Shown here piece after piece: positions 30,392 to 39,347 of a stretch of DNA of 64,000 nt. The notes under the pieces are model-generated. The model was given only the letters and a program-made list of their open reading frames with translations. It ran no database searches and was not told the origin of the DNA. Both the position numbers and the translations under genes were made by a program. Every line of letters begins with the position of its first letter. The first letter of the stretch is position 1. The DNA is from Clostridia bacterium. Its GTDB lineage: Bacteria; Bacillota; Clostridia; Oscillospirales; CAG-382. The stretch spans positions 9,248 to 73,247 of the forward strand of contig JAFTIR010000017.1 in assembly GCA_017456765.1 (NCBI GenBank). Direction: 5' to 3'.

Positions 30392-31339
30392 TTAGTCAAA
30401 AAGGGAACTGAAATCTGCAGGTTTTCCGCTTTCGTCAACAATAAAATATTCATCATTTTCCTTTGTGTTATTTTCAGGGACTTCGGGAGCTGGAGCTTCT
30501 ACAGGGTCCTGCTGCTGTTCGAGGAAAGTCTCAAGGTCAATGCTCATGCCGCTTGATATGTCATAAAACACTAAGATTTTATCCTTTATGGCATCAACAC
30601 TCGTCCAATCTGAAATTTCATTTTCCGTAAAGTCAAGCTGACGGAGCGACTCGGGGCAATACCCCTCAAGCGATGAAACATCCGTAATTCCATTATTGCG
30701 GAAATAACCGTAAATAAGTTGATTGTAATTCTTTACAAACGAAACATCAGAAATTGCAACATTGTAAATCTCGAACATTTCTACATTTTTGAAAGCACCA
30801 AGGTCAAAAAGTGTGTCTGTTTCGATATTATAGTTAAATTCCGATACCATTACCCTTGAACTCAGCATCTCTGCAAAATTGTCTTGTTGTCTTGCATCCG
30901 AAAGGCAAAGGTCAACATAATCAACATACCCCACAGCAACAGTGTGCGCATATTTTGTGCCGGGACTTACCGCGATATAGTGAACCTTATCAACATCTTC
31001 TTTTGTAATCTCTTCGGGATTCTTTCCTATTGCATTGGCAAAGGCATGAAACAGCTTTTCATTTTCAAAGCCAAGGGTCTTTGCGGCACTGTCAAGAACA
31101 TCTTCGTTTACATCTGCAAGAGGTTTTATGTCAACAACAATCCCATCAATCAAATCTTCATTCTTGCTGTTTTTATTTTCTTTATTCTCATTGTTTTCTA
31201 TATTTTCTTTTTGCTCATTCTTTATATTATTCTGTTGCAAAGCGTTTTGCTCTTTGTCTTTTTTCTTATCCTGTGCACAGCCGGCAAAAATCAGAACAGC
31301 CATAATACAAAGCATCACTGCCAAAAGTTTTTTCACCAT
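30392..31339 (-). CDS. Lipoprotein with a leucine-rich-repeat-like C-terminal domain
   Basis: Lipobox LIFAGC after MVKKLLAVMLCIMAV. A low-complexity N/K/E-rich linker. LRR-like segments (ISDVSFVKNYNQL, ITDVSSLEG, ISDWTSV). An AAAGGA RBS lies upstream of the ATG at 31339. Confidence 0.7.
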   Translation of the reverse strand: MVKKLLAVMLCIMAVLIFAGCAQDKKKDKEQNALQQNNIKNEQKENIENNENKENKNSKNEDLIDGIVVDIKPLADVNEDVLDSAAKTLGFENEKLFHAFANAIGKNPEEITKEDVDKVHYIAVSPGTKYAHTVAVGYVDYVDLCLSDARQQDNFAEMLSSRVMVSEFNYNIETDTLFDLGAFKNVEMFEIYNVAISDVSFVKNYNQLIYGYFRNNGITDVSSLEGYCPESLRQLDFTENEISDWTSVDAIKDKILVFYDISSGMSIDLETFLEQQQDPVEAPAPEVPENNTKENDEYFIVDESGKPADFSSLFD

Positions 31340-31435
31340 AGTTATCATCCTTTCATTTAAAAAAATTATACTACTGTTTTGCCGCTTTGTCAATTATTTA
31401 TGAAAAAGGAGTCCTTCAGAGGACTCCCTTACTCT

Positions 31436-31966
31436 TTATTCGCCGTAAATAGCGCTTCTTATCATAATTTTTATTTCGTCGACTTCTTTTCCGAGCGCAA
31501 TTGCAAGCTCCTCGGAAACTGCCTTTTCTACAATTGCAAGATAGTGATTTTCGGCTTGTCTCAGCTTCTTGCCTGCCTCGGAATATCTCTTCTCACGAAG
31601 AAGTATTTCCTTTATCACCATAAGCGAGCCGTCAACACTGCACCCCGAGAGCATCTCTTGAAAATGCTGGGCAATCAGCGCAGGCTGTCTCGGCTCAAAG
31701 TTTGGAGCTTCGACATTCCGGAGTGTATCAAGGCATTTTTCGGCTTCCTTTTCCGACATAACCGCACGTATACTTACATCTGAATCCACCGGCACATACA
31801 CAACCTCGTTACCGTTTGAAAACAAATAGCGCAGCTTATAATACTTCTTGCCTGACTCCTTGACAAATACGGGAGTTTCAACCGCTTCAACATTGCAAAC
31901 TGCATTTGTTTTATATACTACCTTCTCACCAACAGAAAACAAATAATCCTCTCCCTTTTGTCGCAT
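31436..31966 (-). CDS. CarD/CdnL family transcriptional regulator
   Basis: N-terminal Tudor-like FSVGEKVVYKTNAVCNVEAV...YYKL motif and a helical C-terminus, 176 aa. No clear RBS is visible. Confidence 0.7.
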   Translation of the reverse strand: MRQKGEDYLFSVGEKVVYKTNAVCNVEAVETPVFVKESGKKYYKLRYLFSNGNEVVYVPVDSDVSIRAVMSEKEAEKCLDTLRNVEAPNFEPRQPALIAQHFQEMLSGCSVDGSLMVIKEILLREKRYSEAGKKLRQAENHYLAIVEKAVSEELAIALGKEVDEIKIMIRSAIYGE

Positions 31967-32083
31967 TATTTCTACATCTATATTTTACCACATTAAGAAA
32001 AAGTTTTCAAAGGCATTTTTGCACAAACTTTCTTTCCCTAAGTGCTGTCAAATTGACGATTACACGACAAGATTCGGCTTTTT

Positions 32084-32122
32084 TGTGCAAAACAAAATAC
32101 CCACCTTTTCAAAGATGGGTAT
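32084..32122 (-). terminator. Rho-independent terminator closing the scf operon
   Basis: Stem ATACCCA/TGGGTAT. On the minus strand it is followed by TTTTGTTTTG, 29 nt after the 40-aa ORF stop codon. Confidence 0.6.
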
Positions 32123-32150
32123 TTTATCAAAATTAAAAATTACTCAAAAA

Positions 32151-32273
32151 TCAACCAAAAATGCCGCTATTTCCCATATCAACGCTGGTTTCGTCATCAA
32201 GACTGTTATTGAGAATATCCTCGGTTAAAAGAACTGTAATCTCAAGTTCGGGTTTTGTGTAAAACTTCTTCAT
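32151..32273 (-). CDS. 40-aa acidic, Cys-free peptide (MKKFYTKPELEITVLLTEDILNNSLDDETSVDMGNSGIFG)
   Basis: A strong GGAGGG RBS lies 8 nt upstream of the ATG at 32273. It is the last ORF before the operon terminator. The upstream part of the 69-aa ORF in the track lacks an RBS. Confidence 0.55.
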   Translation of the reverse strand: MKKFYTKPELEITVLLTEDILNNSLDDETSVDMGNSGIFG

Positions 32274-32367
32274 ATTATCGCCCTCCACATAATCTTCCAC
32301 ATTACTTGTCAAGGTTATTATATCACCGTTTTTTTGTTTTGTCAATACCATAATTATCAAAATGTTT

Positions 32368-33684
32368 TTATTGTTCGACTACATTTACAACGTCAATATC
32401 ATAGTATTCAAAGCACTCTATTGCACATTTGTCAATAATTTCGCCGCAAACGGCAATGGGGATTGCGGGTGGACAGGAAACACACGCCGAGGCAAGGATT
32501 TTCCCTTCGGCAAGATTTACGGGTACACTTCTCTGCGGGGAAAACACCGCTTCTCTTACCGACATTGCTCTTTCGAGCCTTTTGACGACAGGTGCTGTTT
32601 GCTGGACAGGCTCTCTTTTTTTAAGTCCTCTGAAAAAACTTGTCAGCCTTTCAAAGTCCTCTGCCCCATTTCCGGGAGAAAACATCATAACAAGGTTATC
32701 CTTATCATAAAATTCGGGATATATTCCATTCTTTTCAAGCAAAGATGCAAGCTCCGTCCCCAAAAATCCGGCAGTCTTTGGTTTAATATTTATTTTCAGC
32801 TTTTCACGGCCTGTAAACTCAATTCCAAGGTGAGAAAGCTCTGCCTTAAGCTCATCGCACAGGCGGCACGTTTCAGCCACCTTATTTTTAAAATCCCCCA
32901 ACATCTCTTCATTTGCCTTATCCATACTCGCCAGAATAAGATACGACGGACTTGTGGAGGCAAACAGAGACATTGCTCGCTTTGCGTCCTTCTCATATGG
33001 CTTTATTGCAGATTTGGATATGTGAAGATAGGCAGAGCCTGTAAGACAAGGCAGGGTTTTATGTGCAGAATCACAGCACATATCGGCGCCGTTATCCATG
33101 GGGTGGTTGCCTGTAAACTTCATATACGCACCATGTGCATTATCCACAATCAAAGGAAGATTGTGCTTATGGCACACTATTGACAATCCCTTTATGTCAA
33201 GGACATTTCCAAGATAATCGGGACTTGTGACATACACGGCAAAATATTCTCCGTTTGTCAGTGCCGCATCAAGCTCGTCAGGCGATATTTTACAGGAATA
33301 CAAATCATCGCCGTAAAGCCAGTCGACATCGGCATCGCAAAGAGCAAGGGCAGACATAAAGCTTTTATGGGCATTTCTACCCGCAAGCACCTTTTTTTTC
33401 CCGTCTGCATACTGCATCGCCATAAAAAGCATTGCACGAATACACAAGGACGAACCCTCTGTGGAATAGAACGAAGCACGTGTTTCAAAAACCGAGGAAA
33501 GATTTCTTTCACTTTGGGCTATTATACCCTCAGCTTCAAAAAGGGAATCCGCACCGCATATTTCGGTAATGTCATACATCTCACAGCCAAGGTTTCTTTT
33601 TCCCTTATGCCCCGGCATATGCAGGCGGACATTTTCACCTTGTGCGTACTTTTGTACAAAGTCATATATAGGTGTCTTACTCAT
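32368..33684 (-). CDS. PLP-dependent Orn/Lys/Arg decarboxylase family protein (fold type I)
   Basis: HMPGHKG motif near the N-terminus and a SAHKTL PLP-lysine motif. The ATG at 33684 is embedded in the last codons of scfB (GATGAGTAA), giving an 8-nt overlap. Confidence 0.85.
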   Translation of the reverse strand: MSKTPIYDFVQKYAQGENVRLHMPGHKGKRNLGCEMYDITEICGADSLFEAEGIIAQSERNLSSVFETRASFYSTEGSSLCIRAMLFMAMQYADGKKKVLAGRNAHKSFMSALALCDADVDWLYGDDLYSCKISPDELDAALTNGEYFAVYVTSPDYLGNVLDIKGLSIVCHKHNLPLIVDNAHGAYMKFTGNHPMDNGADMCCDSAHKTLPCLTGSAYLHISKSAIKPYEKDAKRAMSLFASTSPSYLILASMDKANEEMLGDFKNKVAETCRLCDELKAELSHLGIEFTGREKLKINIKPKTAGFLGTELASLLEKNGIYPEFYDKDNLVMMFSPGNGAEDFERLTSFFRGLKKREPVQQTAPVVKRLERAMSVREAVFSPQRSVPVNLAEGKILASACVSCPPAIPIAVCGEIIDKCAIECFEYYDIDVVNVVEQ

Positions 33685-35053
33685 CGTCGCCGGTTTCCTC
33701 TGCAACCTTCATCATAATCGCACATTCAACTCTCTTTTTGAAAAGGTCACATCCATCCTTATAAACACCGCGAACAGAGCCTGTGGAATGATAAGCGTTT
33801 GCCGCACAACCGCCGCTGCAATAGAGTCTTGCCCAGCAGGTCTTACATTCCTCACGGGAATAGACATTACAGCTTGCAAAATCGTTCTGCACATCCTTAT
33901 TTGTAACACCGTTCCAGATGTCTCCGAGCTTAAACTTTTCCTCGCCCACAAACTGGTGGCAGGGGTACAAATCTCCCCAAGGAGTGACAGCCATATATTC
34001 TGTTCCCGAGCCGCAGCCGGAAATTCTCTTATATATGCAGGGACCGCCCGTAAGGTCTATCATGTAGTGGTAGAAGGTAAAGGGTCTTCCCTCTTTCTTT
34101 CTCTCAAGCATGAGCTTTGCAAGCTCCTCATACTGCCTCATGACGATTTTCTTGTCGTCCTCCGTCAGCGCCGCCTCATCGCCCGGGGCGCATACAACAG
34201 GCTCCATGGAAAGCTCATCAAAGCCAAGGTCAAGCATAACCTTTATGTCCTCGAGGAAATCGGGGTTTCTGTGGGTGAATGTACCTCTCATGTAGTAATC
34301 CTTGCCACCGCGCATCTTTACAAGCCTTTGGAATTTGGGGACAATCTTATCCCAGCTTCCGGCTCCGTTATAATCTACACGAAGTGCGTCATGGATTTCT
34401 TTTCGTCCGTCAAGGCTGAGCACAACATTACTCATCTCTCTATTTGCAAAATCAATTACATCGTCATCAATAAGCATACCGTTTGTGGTAAGGGTGAAAC
34501 GGAAGTTCTTATTATGCTGTTTTTCTATGCTTCTTGCATACTCCACAAGCCTCTTTACAACATCCCAGTTCATGAGCGGCTCACCGCCGAAGAAGTCAAC
34601 CTCAAGGTTTCTTCTGCTTCCCGAGTTTGCAATAAGGAAGTCAAACGCCTGCTTACCTACCTCAAAGCTCATAACGGCTCTGTCACCATGGTATTTGCCC
34701 TGGCTTGCAAAGCAGTATGAACAGTTGAGGTTACAGGTGTGGGCAATATGTATACAGAGTGCCTTTACGACATCGCCACTCTTTTCCTTGAATGTTCCTG
34801 CCATGCTCTCGAAGGTATCCTCGGTAAAGAGTCTCTTATTCTCTATAAGCTCATTTATATCGTCAATACAGTCAAGAACATCCTGCTCTGTGACATTATC
34901 GTATTTTTCGAGTATTATTTTTATGATATTTTCTTGTGTTTCGTCCTTGAACATGGCGATTATATCGTATGCCACCTCGTCCACTGCATGAATAGAGCCC
35001 GAGCAGGTATCAAGAACGATATTATATCCGTTTAATTTGTACTGGTGAATCAT
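33677..35053 (-). CDS. scfB: Radical SAM/SPASM-domain SCIFF peptide maturase
   Basis: CNLNCSYC radical SAM cluster motif and a Cys-rich SPASM C-terminus (CGSGTEY...CHQF...CKTCWARLYCSGGC). The N-terminus MIHQYKLNGYNIVLD is typical of ScfB. The gene lies next to a SCIFF peptide gene. Confidence 0.9.
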   Translation of the reverse strand: MIHQYKLNGYNIVLDTCSGSIHAVDEVAYDIIAMFKDETQENIIKIILEKYDNVTEQDVLDCIDDINELIENKRLFTEDTFESMAGTFKEKSGDVVKALCIHIAHTCNLNCSYCFASQGKYHGDRAVMSFEVGKQAFDFLIANSGSRRNLEVDFFGGEPLMNWDVVKRLVEYARSIEKQHNKNFRFTLTTNGMLIDDDVIDFANREMSNVVLSLDGRKEIHDALRVDYNGAGSWDKIVPKFQRLVKMRGGKDYYMRGTFTHRNPDFLEDIKVMLDLGFDELSMEPVVCAPGDEAALTEDDKKIVMRQYEELAKLMLERKKEGRPFTFYHYMIDLTGGPCIYKRISGCGSGTEYMAVTPWGDLYPCHQFVGEEKFKLGDIWNGVTNKDVQNDFASCNVYSREECKTCWARLYCSGGCAANAYHSTGSVRGVYKDGCDLFKKRVECAIMMKVAEETGDDE

Positions 35054-35076
35054 TTGTTTTCCTTTCGTAAAAAATG

Positions 35077-35190
35077 AGGAATCAGGAATTAGGAATTAGG
35101 AATGAGTTTGGTCGACCTCGTTATGCCGACCAAACGGTGTTGGTTAAGCGACACTAAAAGCTTGTTTATGTCAAAGATTCCCCGTGAAAT
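35077..35190 (-). repeat. Family B element, copy B3, with 4 heptamer units, inserted between scfA and scfB
   Basis: Plus strand: AGGAATC AGGAATT AGGAATT AGGAATG then AGTTTGGTCGACCTCGTTATGCCGACCAAACGGTGTTGGTTAAGCGAC...CCCCGTGAAATC. This is the reverse complement of the family B consensus. Confidence 0.8.
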
Positions 35191-35203
35191 CTTTTCTCTT
35201 TGA

Positions 35204-35263
35204 TTACTTTCTCTTTTCAGCAAAGAGAAAGTAATAAGAAATGCCGCAAGGACTGCGGCATTT
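35204..35263 (-). terminator. Two adjacent hairpins downstream of scfA (attenuator or partial terminator)
   Basis: AATGCCGCA-GTCCT-TGCGGCATT followed by TCTTATT, read on the minus strand, lies 19 nt after the scfA stop. It is followed by a perfect 13-bp stem, TTACTTTCTCTTT/AAAGAGAAAGTAA. Confidence 0.55.
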
Positions 35264-35281
35264 GTTGGAAGACTGATTTAA

Positions 35282-35431
35282 TTACTTGCTTTCCTTGTTT
35301 TCGCACTTCTGATTTGCGATGCCGCAGCTTGTCTTGCAAGCGGACTGGCAGGATGTCTGGCATTCGCCGCAACCGCCGTTCTTAGCGGATTCACAAAGAT
35401 TTCTTGTTTCAAGTGTCTTAATTCTCTTCAT
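35282..35431 (-). CDS. scfA: SCIFF (six-cysteine-in-forty-five) ranthipeptide precursor, 49 aa
   Basis: Hand translation: MKRIKTLETRNLCESAKNGGCGECQTSCQSACKTSCGIANQKCENKESK. It contains the hallmark GGCGECQTSCQSACKTSC core. A GGGGG RBS lies 10 nt upstream. It is too short for the ORF track. Confidence 0.9.
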   Translation of the reverse strand: MKRIKTLETRNLCESAKNGGCGECQTSCQSACKTSCGIANQKCENKESK

Positions 35432-35473
35432 TTTAGTTTGCCCCCAATCGTAGAGTTTTTTATTTACTATGTT

Positions 35474-35502
35474 ATTTTAGCATAACTGCACGTGATTGTC
35501 AA
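35474..35502 (-). promoter_or_regulatory. Sigma-A-type promoter for scfA
   Basis: On the minus strand: TTGACA, 17 nt, TAAAAT. It lies about 40 nt upstream of the scfA ATG. Confidence 0.55.
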
Positions 35503-35539
35503 GATGTTTTAGCACTTCTTTTTTGTTTTAATGCAAACA

Positions 35540-36394
35540 TTACAAATTGAGAAAAACGATTGCTGCCACGCCGAACAATATTCCCACAAGCTGTCTTTTT
35601 GTGAGTTTTTCCTTGTAGAACAGTACGGAAATTGCAGATGTTACCACAATATCTCCTGCAGATATAAGCGGAAACATTACAGATGCGGGGACCAAAGCCA
35701 GCATAAGCATGACAAAAAGATTAACAGCACCATTTGCCGCACCCGAAATCACCGGGAAAACAAAGCCACTTCTCAAAGCCTTGAAAAAGATTTTTCTCTC
35801 AAACACCATCAAAAGAACAACCATCATAATCACAATCATCAATAATGCCGCAATCATGAATTCGCTCTTATACTCTCCGCCGAATTTTCTTTGCTGCATT
35901 TGCTGAACGCTTGAGCACATACCGTTACCAAAGAAAGCAAGCAGCACATAGACAATCCACTTGATGTTTATTATTGTTTTTTCTTCCCCTTTATTATTTA
36001 TGAGAGCAAGCGAAATGCAAAGCAAGGCAAGTCCTATAAACAAAGACACACTTGCCTTTTCATCGTACACCACAAGTCCGACAAGTGCGGGAATTATCAA
36101 CGAATAGGACATCACAAGAGTCGTAAGAGCAAGTGAACCATGCTTTATTGCCAGGAACAAAAACAAAATCGCCGCACCGTAAGACAGAGCAAAGCCAAAG
36201 GAATACACATACAATTCTTTTACGAAAGTAAGGTTTCCTCCTGATGTTACAGCAAAAAACAAAGCTGCAGCCGCGCAGGATATACACGTATATGTATACT
36301 CTCCTCCGTCAGGATTTCTGAGATTGAAGGACTTATTTGAAATGCTCTGTGCAGTACTGAAGGTAATAATCAGTATAAATAACAAAATACTCAT
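35540..36394 (-). CDS. DMT/EamA-like family transporter
   Basis: A ten-TM hydrophobic profile with an internal duplication, 284 aa, and a GGAGAG RBS. Confidence 0.7.
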   Translation of the reverse strand: MSILLFILIITFSTAQSISNKSFNLRNPDGGEYTYTCISCAAAALFFAVTSGGNLTFVKELYVYSFGFALSYGAAILFLFLAIKHGSLALTTLVMSYSLIIPALVGLVVYDEKASVSLFIGLALLCISLALINNKGEEKTIINIKWIVYVLLAFFGNGMCSSVQQMQQRKFGGEYKSEFMIAALLMIVIMMVVLLMVFERKIFFKALRSGFVFPVISGAANGAVNLFVMLMLALVPASVMFPLISAGDIVVTSAISVLFYKEKLTKRQLVGILFGVAAIVFLNL

Positions 36395-36512
36395 TGTCTG
36401 CTCTCCATTCTTAAAGTTTGTTTTTCATATGTTATTATACCGACACTGGCGAAAAAATCTAGTAACTATTTTCCCGTTTTATTGACTTATCGTCCCTCAA
36501 CGCAAAAACTAC

Positions 36513-36541
36513 TTGACAGTCTTTTTTCTTTATGTCATAAT
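36513..36541 (+). promoter_or_regulatory. Sigma-A-type promoter for the AraC/PocR regulator
   Basis: TTGACA, 17 nt, CATAAT. Confidence 0.5.
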
Positions 36542-36568
36542 GTACAAAAAGCTTATTGAGGACGTTTT

Positions 36569-37390
36569 ATGAATATTACATATGACATTCAAAAAATAAA
36601 AAACATCATTTCGGATTTTTCAAAAGTCACCGGAATTGACATGGCTCTGTACGACACGAGCTTCAATGCAGTTGCGGGTTACGAATACACCGAGCCTGTC
36701 TTTTGTAAAAAAATCCAAAGCTGTGAAAAAGGCTTTTATCTTTGCAAAGAATCAGACAAAAAAATGATAAACAAATGCAAAATAACCCGCAGTTTTGTCT
36801 CACACACATGCCATGCAGGGCTTGTAGATTCCGTTATGCCTGTAATCAAGGGCTCGGTCATAACAGGTTATATTGTTATAGGCAGAGTCAGGCAGACACA
36901 AAACATTTCCGACATATACAAAAACATTGAATGGTTAGGAGAGCGCTCCGAAAAACTAAACGACAGCTTTTTGAAAATCGCTTACTACAACGACGAACAG
37001 CTTAAATGTATTTCAAGGCTTGTTTCAAGCATTTTATTTGAAAACGCAATCGACATTGAACTTTCAAAAACAGTGACTGAAGCTATCGGATACATTGACA
37101 ACCATCTCAAGGGCAAAATTACAGTCACAGATTTATGCAAAGTTACTCACACCTCAAAAAATACGTTATACCGGCTTTTCAATGACACCTTCGGTTGTAC
37201 AATAAATGAGTACATAACCGAAAAAAGAATAGAAAAATCCAAATTCCTGCTAGAAACAAGCGACATGCCGATAGCCATTATCGGAGAAGAAATCGGCATT
37301 GAAAACTGTGCTCATTTTTGCAGAACATTCAAAAAGCGAGTGGGAACGTCTCCCTCGGCATACAGACAGCAAAAGCGTAACATAGCATAA
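36569..37390 (+). CDS. AraC family transcriptional regulator with an N-terminal PocR-like sensor domain
   Basis: C-terminal double HTH (TVTDLCKVTHTSKNTLYRLF..., IGEEIGIENCAHFCRTFKKRVGTSPSAYR). The N-terminal region carries the conserved C..C and H.CHAGL motifs of PocR domains. Confidence 0.85.
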   Translation: MNITYDIQKIKNIISDFSKVTGIDMALYDTSFNAVAGYEYTEPVFCKKIQSCEKGFYLCKESDKKMINKCKITRSFVSHTCHAGLVDSVMPVIKGSVITGYIVIGRVRQTQNISDIYKNIEWLGERSEKLNDSFLKIAYYNDEQLKCISRLVSSILFENAIDIELSKTVTEAIGYIDNHLKGKITVTDLCKVTHTSKNTLYRLFNDTFGCTINEYITEKRIEKSKFLLETSDMPIAIIGEEIGIENCAHFCRTFKKRVGTSPSAYRQQKRNIA

Positions 37391-37395
37391 AAAAG

Positions 37396-37424
37396 TCCCC
37401 ACTCACGTGGGGATTTTGGTTTTA
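37396..37424. terminator. Bidirectional terminator between the AraC gene and the LRR protein gene
   Basis: TCCCCAC-TCAC-GTGGGGA flanked by AAAAAG upstream and TTTTGGTTTT downstream. Confidence 0.7.
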
Positions 37425-39182
37425 TGAAAAGAGGTCTGTTCCGGGAATACCGAGTTCACCGGGAAGTTCTTTGCCTTCAACAACATCAATTATCTTCTGA
37501 AGCTCCGCTTTTTGTGCGTCTGTCACAAGACCCGAATCAATAAGAGCCTTTGCAGAGGCATACATGCTTGTGCTTACAGGTTCTCCATACACTGTGAAAA
37601 CTTCACCGTTTATGGTAACCTTTGTGTAGTTCTTGGATGTTACGACAGTTTCATAATTCTTTTCGGGAACGTTCTTGAGAACACCGGTGAATATACACCA
37701 ATCATCATCGTCACCGTTAAAAATCAAATCAATGTCTTCATTTTTGTTATATGCAACACCCGTTACATAATTACGGAAATCAAAATTAAGCTGTGAGCCT
37801 GTTTTATCAATAAGTGACTGTACACCTACAATATAGCCGTATTCTTCAATCACAAACGCTTCAGTTTCGTCCTTTGCAAGTGTGGACACCTTTGATGTGA
37901 AACGAATTGCAAGGGGATTTCTGATTCTGATTGTTGCCTCCGCTCCGTTATCCATATACGAGCCAAGTTCTGCAACCTCTGAGTATTCGAGGTTCAGATA
38001 GTCAACATAATAATACTTTGTGCTTACAGCATAAATTGAAGCAGCGCTCGCCTTTTCAACAACCTGTACAAGTGTATTCTTGCCGGGACAAACTGTGTAT
38101 GTATTATTGTTTTCTGTTATTTCATACTGGAAGCCATCTATTTCAGCATAGCGTACATTTGATGCACTTGCCTTTTCACCAATATTTATAACAACTTCAT
38201 AAGGAATGAAAACAAAATTCTTACTTTCAGCATACTGTTCAGCATATGAACCCTTATATCCTGTCACTATACCGAACAAGCCGTCAAAGGAATTAGCTCC
38301 GATATCGATTACCGATGCAGGAAGTGTCACTTCTGCAATTCTTCCGTTATCACCTACATAGTAAAGGCAGGAAAGGCTATCTTTAAGGTTATCAATAAGC
38401 GCCAAATACGAATCATAACTGCCAAACTTCAGGCTTTCAAGGGAGGAACAGTTCTGGAATGCATTTGCAGGAACACTGTTTACACCGCCCAAGAATACTT
38501 CCTTAAGGGATGTACACTCTGCAAGTGCATAGCTGCCAAGACTTGTTACGGTGTCAGGCATTGAAATCTTTGTAAGATTTGTTATGCCATAAAATGCGTA
38601 ACTGCCGATACCTGTTATTCCGCTATCAATTGAAACGTTTGATATGCTGCTTACATAAGCGCTCCACGGAACAGCGCTGTAAGAAGCATAATCTGCCAAA
38701 GCGCCCGTTCCCGACAAATAGAGAACTCCGTTATCGCCGATTTGCCAGCTGATGCTTCCTATTGTACCGCTGTACAAAACCTTATAGAACAGGTCATCAT
38801 AGTCAACTTCTATATCGCCGGCATCCAAAATGCCAAAAGCATTATTACCGATGCTCGTTACTCCGTTTTCAACTACAATGCTCTTAATATCAGACATATA
38901 ATCATACCAAGGAGTAGATTCAACAGAGCTCCAGTCTGTCATATCTCCCGTGCCGCTTATTGTAAGCACGCCGTCTGTATCAAGTGACCATGAAAGCTTA
39001 TTTCCGCAAGTACCAGAAGCGCTTACAGCCAAAAGCTCACTCTGCGCACTTTGCTGAACAAAAACCGCATCTTCCGTAACAGAATCAAACGCTGTCGCAA
39101 CGCTCGGCGCAGCAAACGTACTCATCACAAGAGCAGAAACCAAAAGCATTCCTGCCACAATTATTCTGAATGTTTTCTTCAT
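37422..39182 (-). CDS. Secreted BspA-type leucine-rich repeat protein
   Basis: Signal peptide MKKTFRIIVAGMLLVSALVMSTFA. Repeats of the form V.SIG..AF...(T/S)L. (GVTSIGNNAF, ITGIGSYAFYGITNLTKI, VTSLGSYALAECTSLKEV). An AGGAGG RBS lies upstream of the ATG at 39182. Confidence 0.8.
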   Translation of the reverse strand: MKKTFRIIVAGMLLVSALVMSTFAAPSVATAFDSVTEDAVFVQQSAQSELLAVSASGTCGNKLSWSLDTDGVLTISGTGDMTDWSSVESTPWYDYMSDIKSIVVENGVTSIGNNAFGILDAGDIEVDYDDLFYKVLYSGTIGSISWQIGDNGVLYLSGTGALADYASYSAVPWSAYVSSISNVSIDSGITGIGSYAFYGITNLTKISMPDTVTSLGSYALAECTSLKEVFLGGVNSVPANAFQNCSSLESLKFGSYDSYLALIDNLKDSLSCLYYVGDNGRIAEVTLPASVIDIGANSFDGLFGIVTGYKGSYAEQYAESKNFVFIPYEVVINIGEKASASNVRYAEIDGFQYEITENNNTYTVCPGKNTLVQVVEKASAASIYAVSTKYYYVDYLNLEYSEVAELGSYMDNGAEATIRIRNPLAIRFTSKVSTLAKDETEAFVIEEYGYIVGVQSLIDKTGSQLNFDFRNYVTGVAYNKNEDIDLIFNGDDDDWCIFTGVLKNVPEKNYETVVTSKNYTKVTINGEVFTVYGEPVSTSMYASAKALIDSGLVTDAQKAELQKIIDVVEGKELPGELGIPGTDLFS

Positions 39183-39347
39183 TCTTTTGTTCCTCCTTTG
39201 GCAAACAAACAAGTCGTATACATATTACTCCATTATACAATAAGTATATCATGTAAATTTTACCACACATACAGAGATTTGTCAATAGGAAAACAAAATT
39301 CCCGATGCCGCGTTGACATCGGGAATGATTGCAAAAGCAAAATGTGC

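Noticed and set aside
35200-35385. A 61-aa plus-strand ORF in the scfA region.
   Set aside because: It lies antisense to the 49-aa SCIFF precursor, which has the diagnostic CGECQTSCQSACKTSC core, an RBS and a promoter. The plus-strand ORF has none of these.
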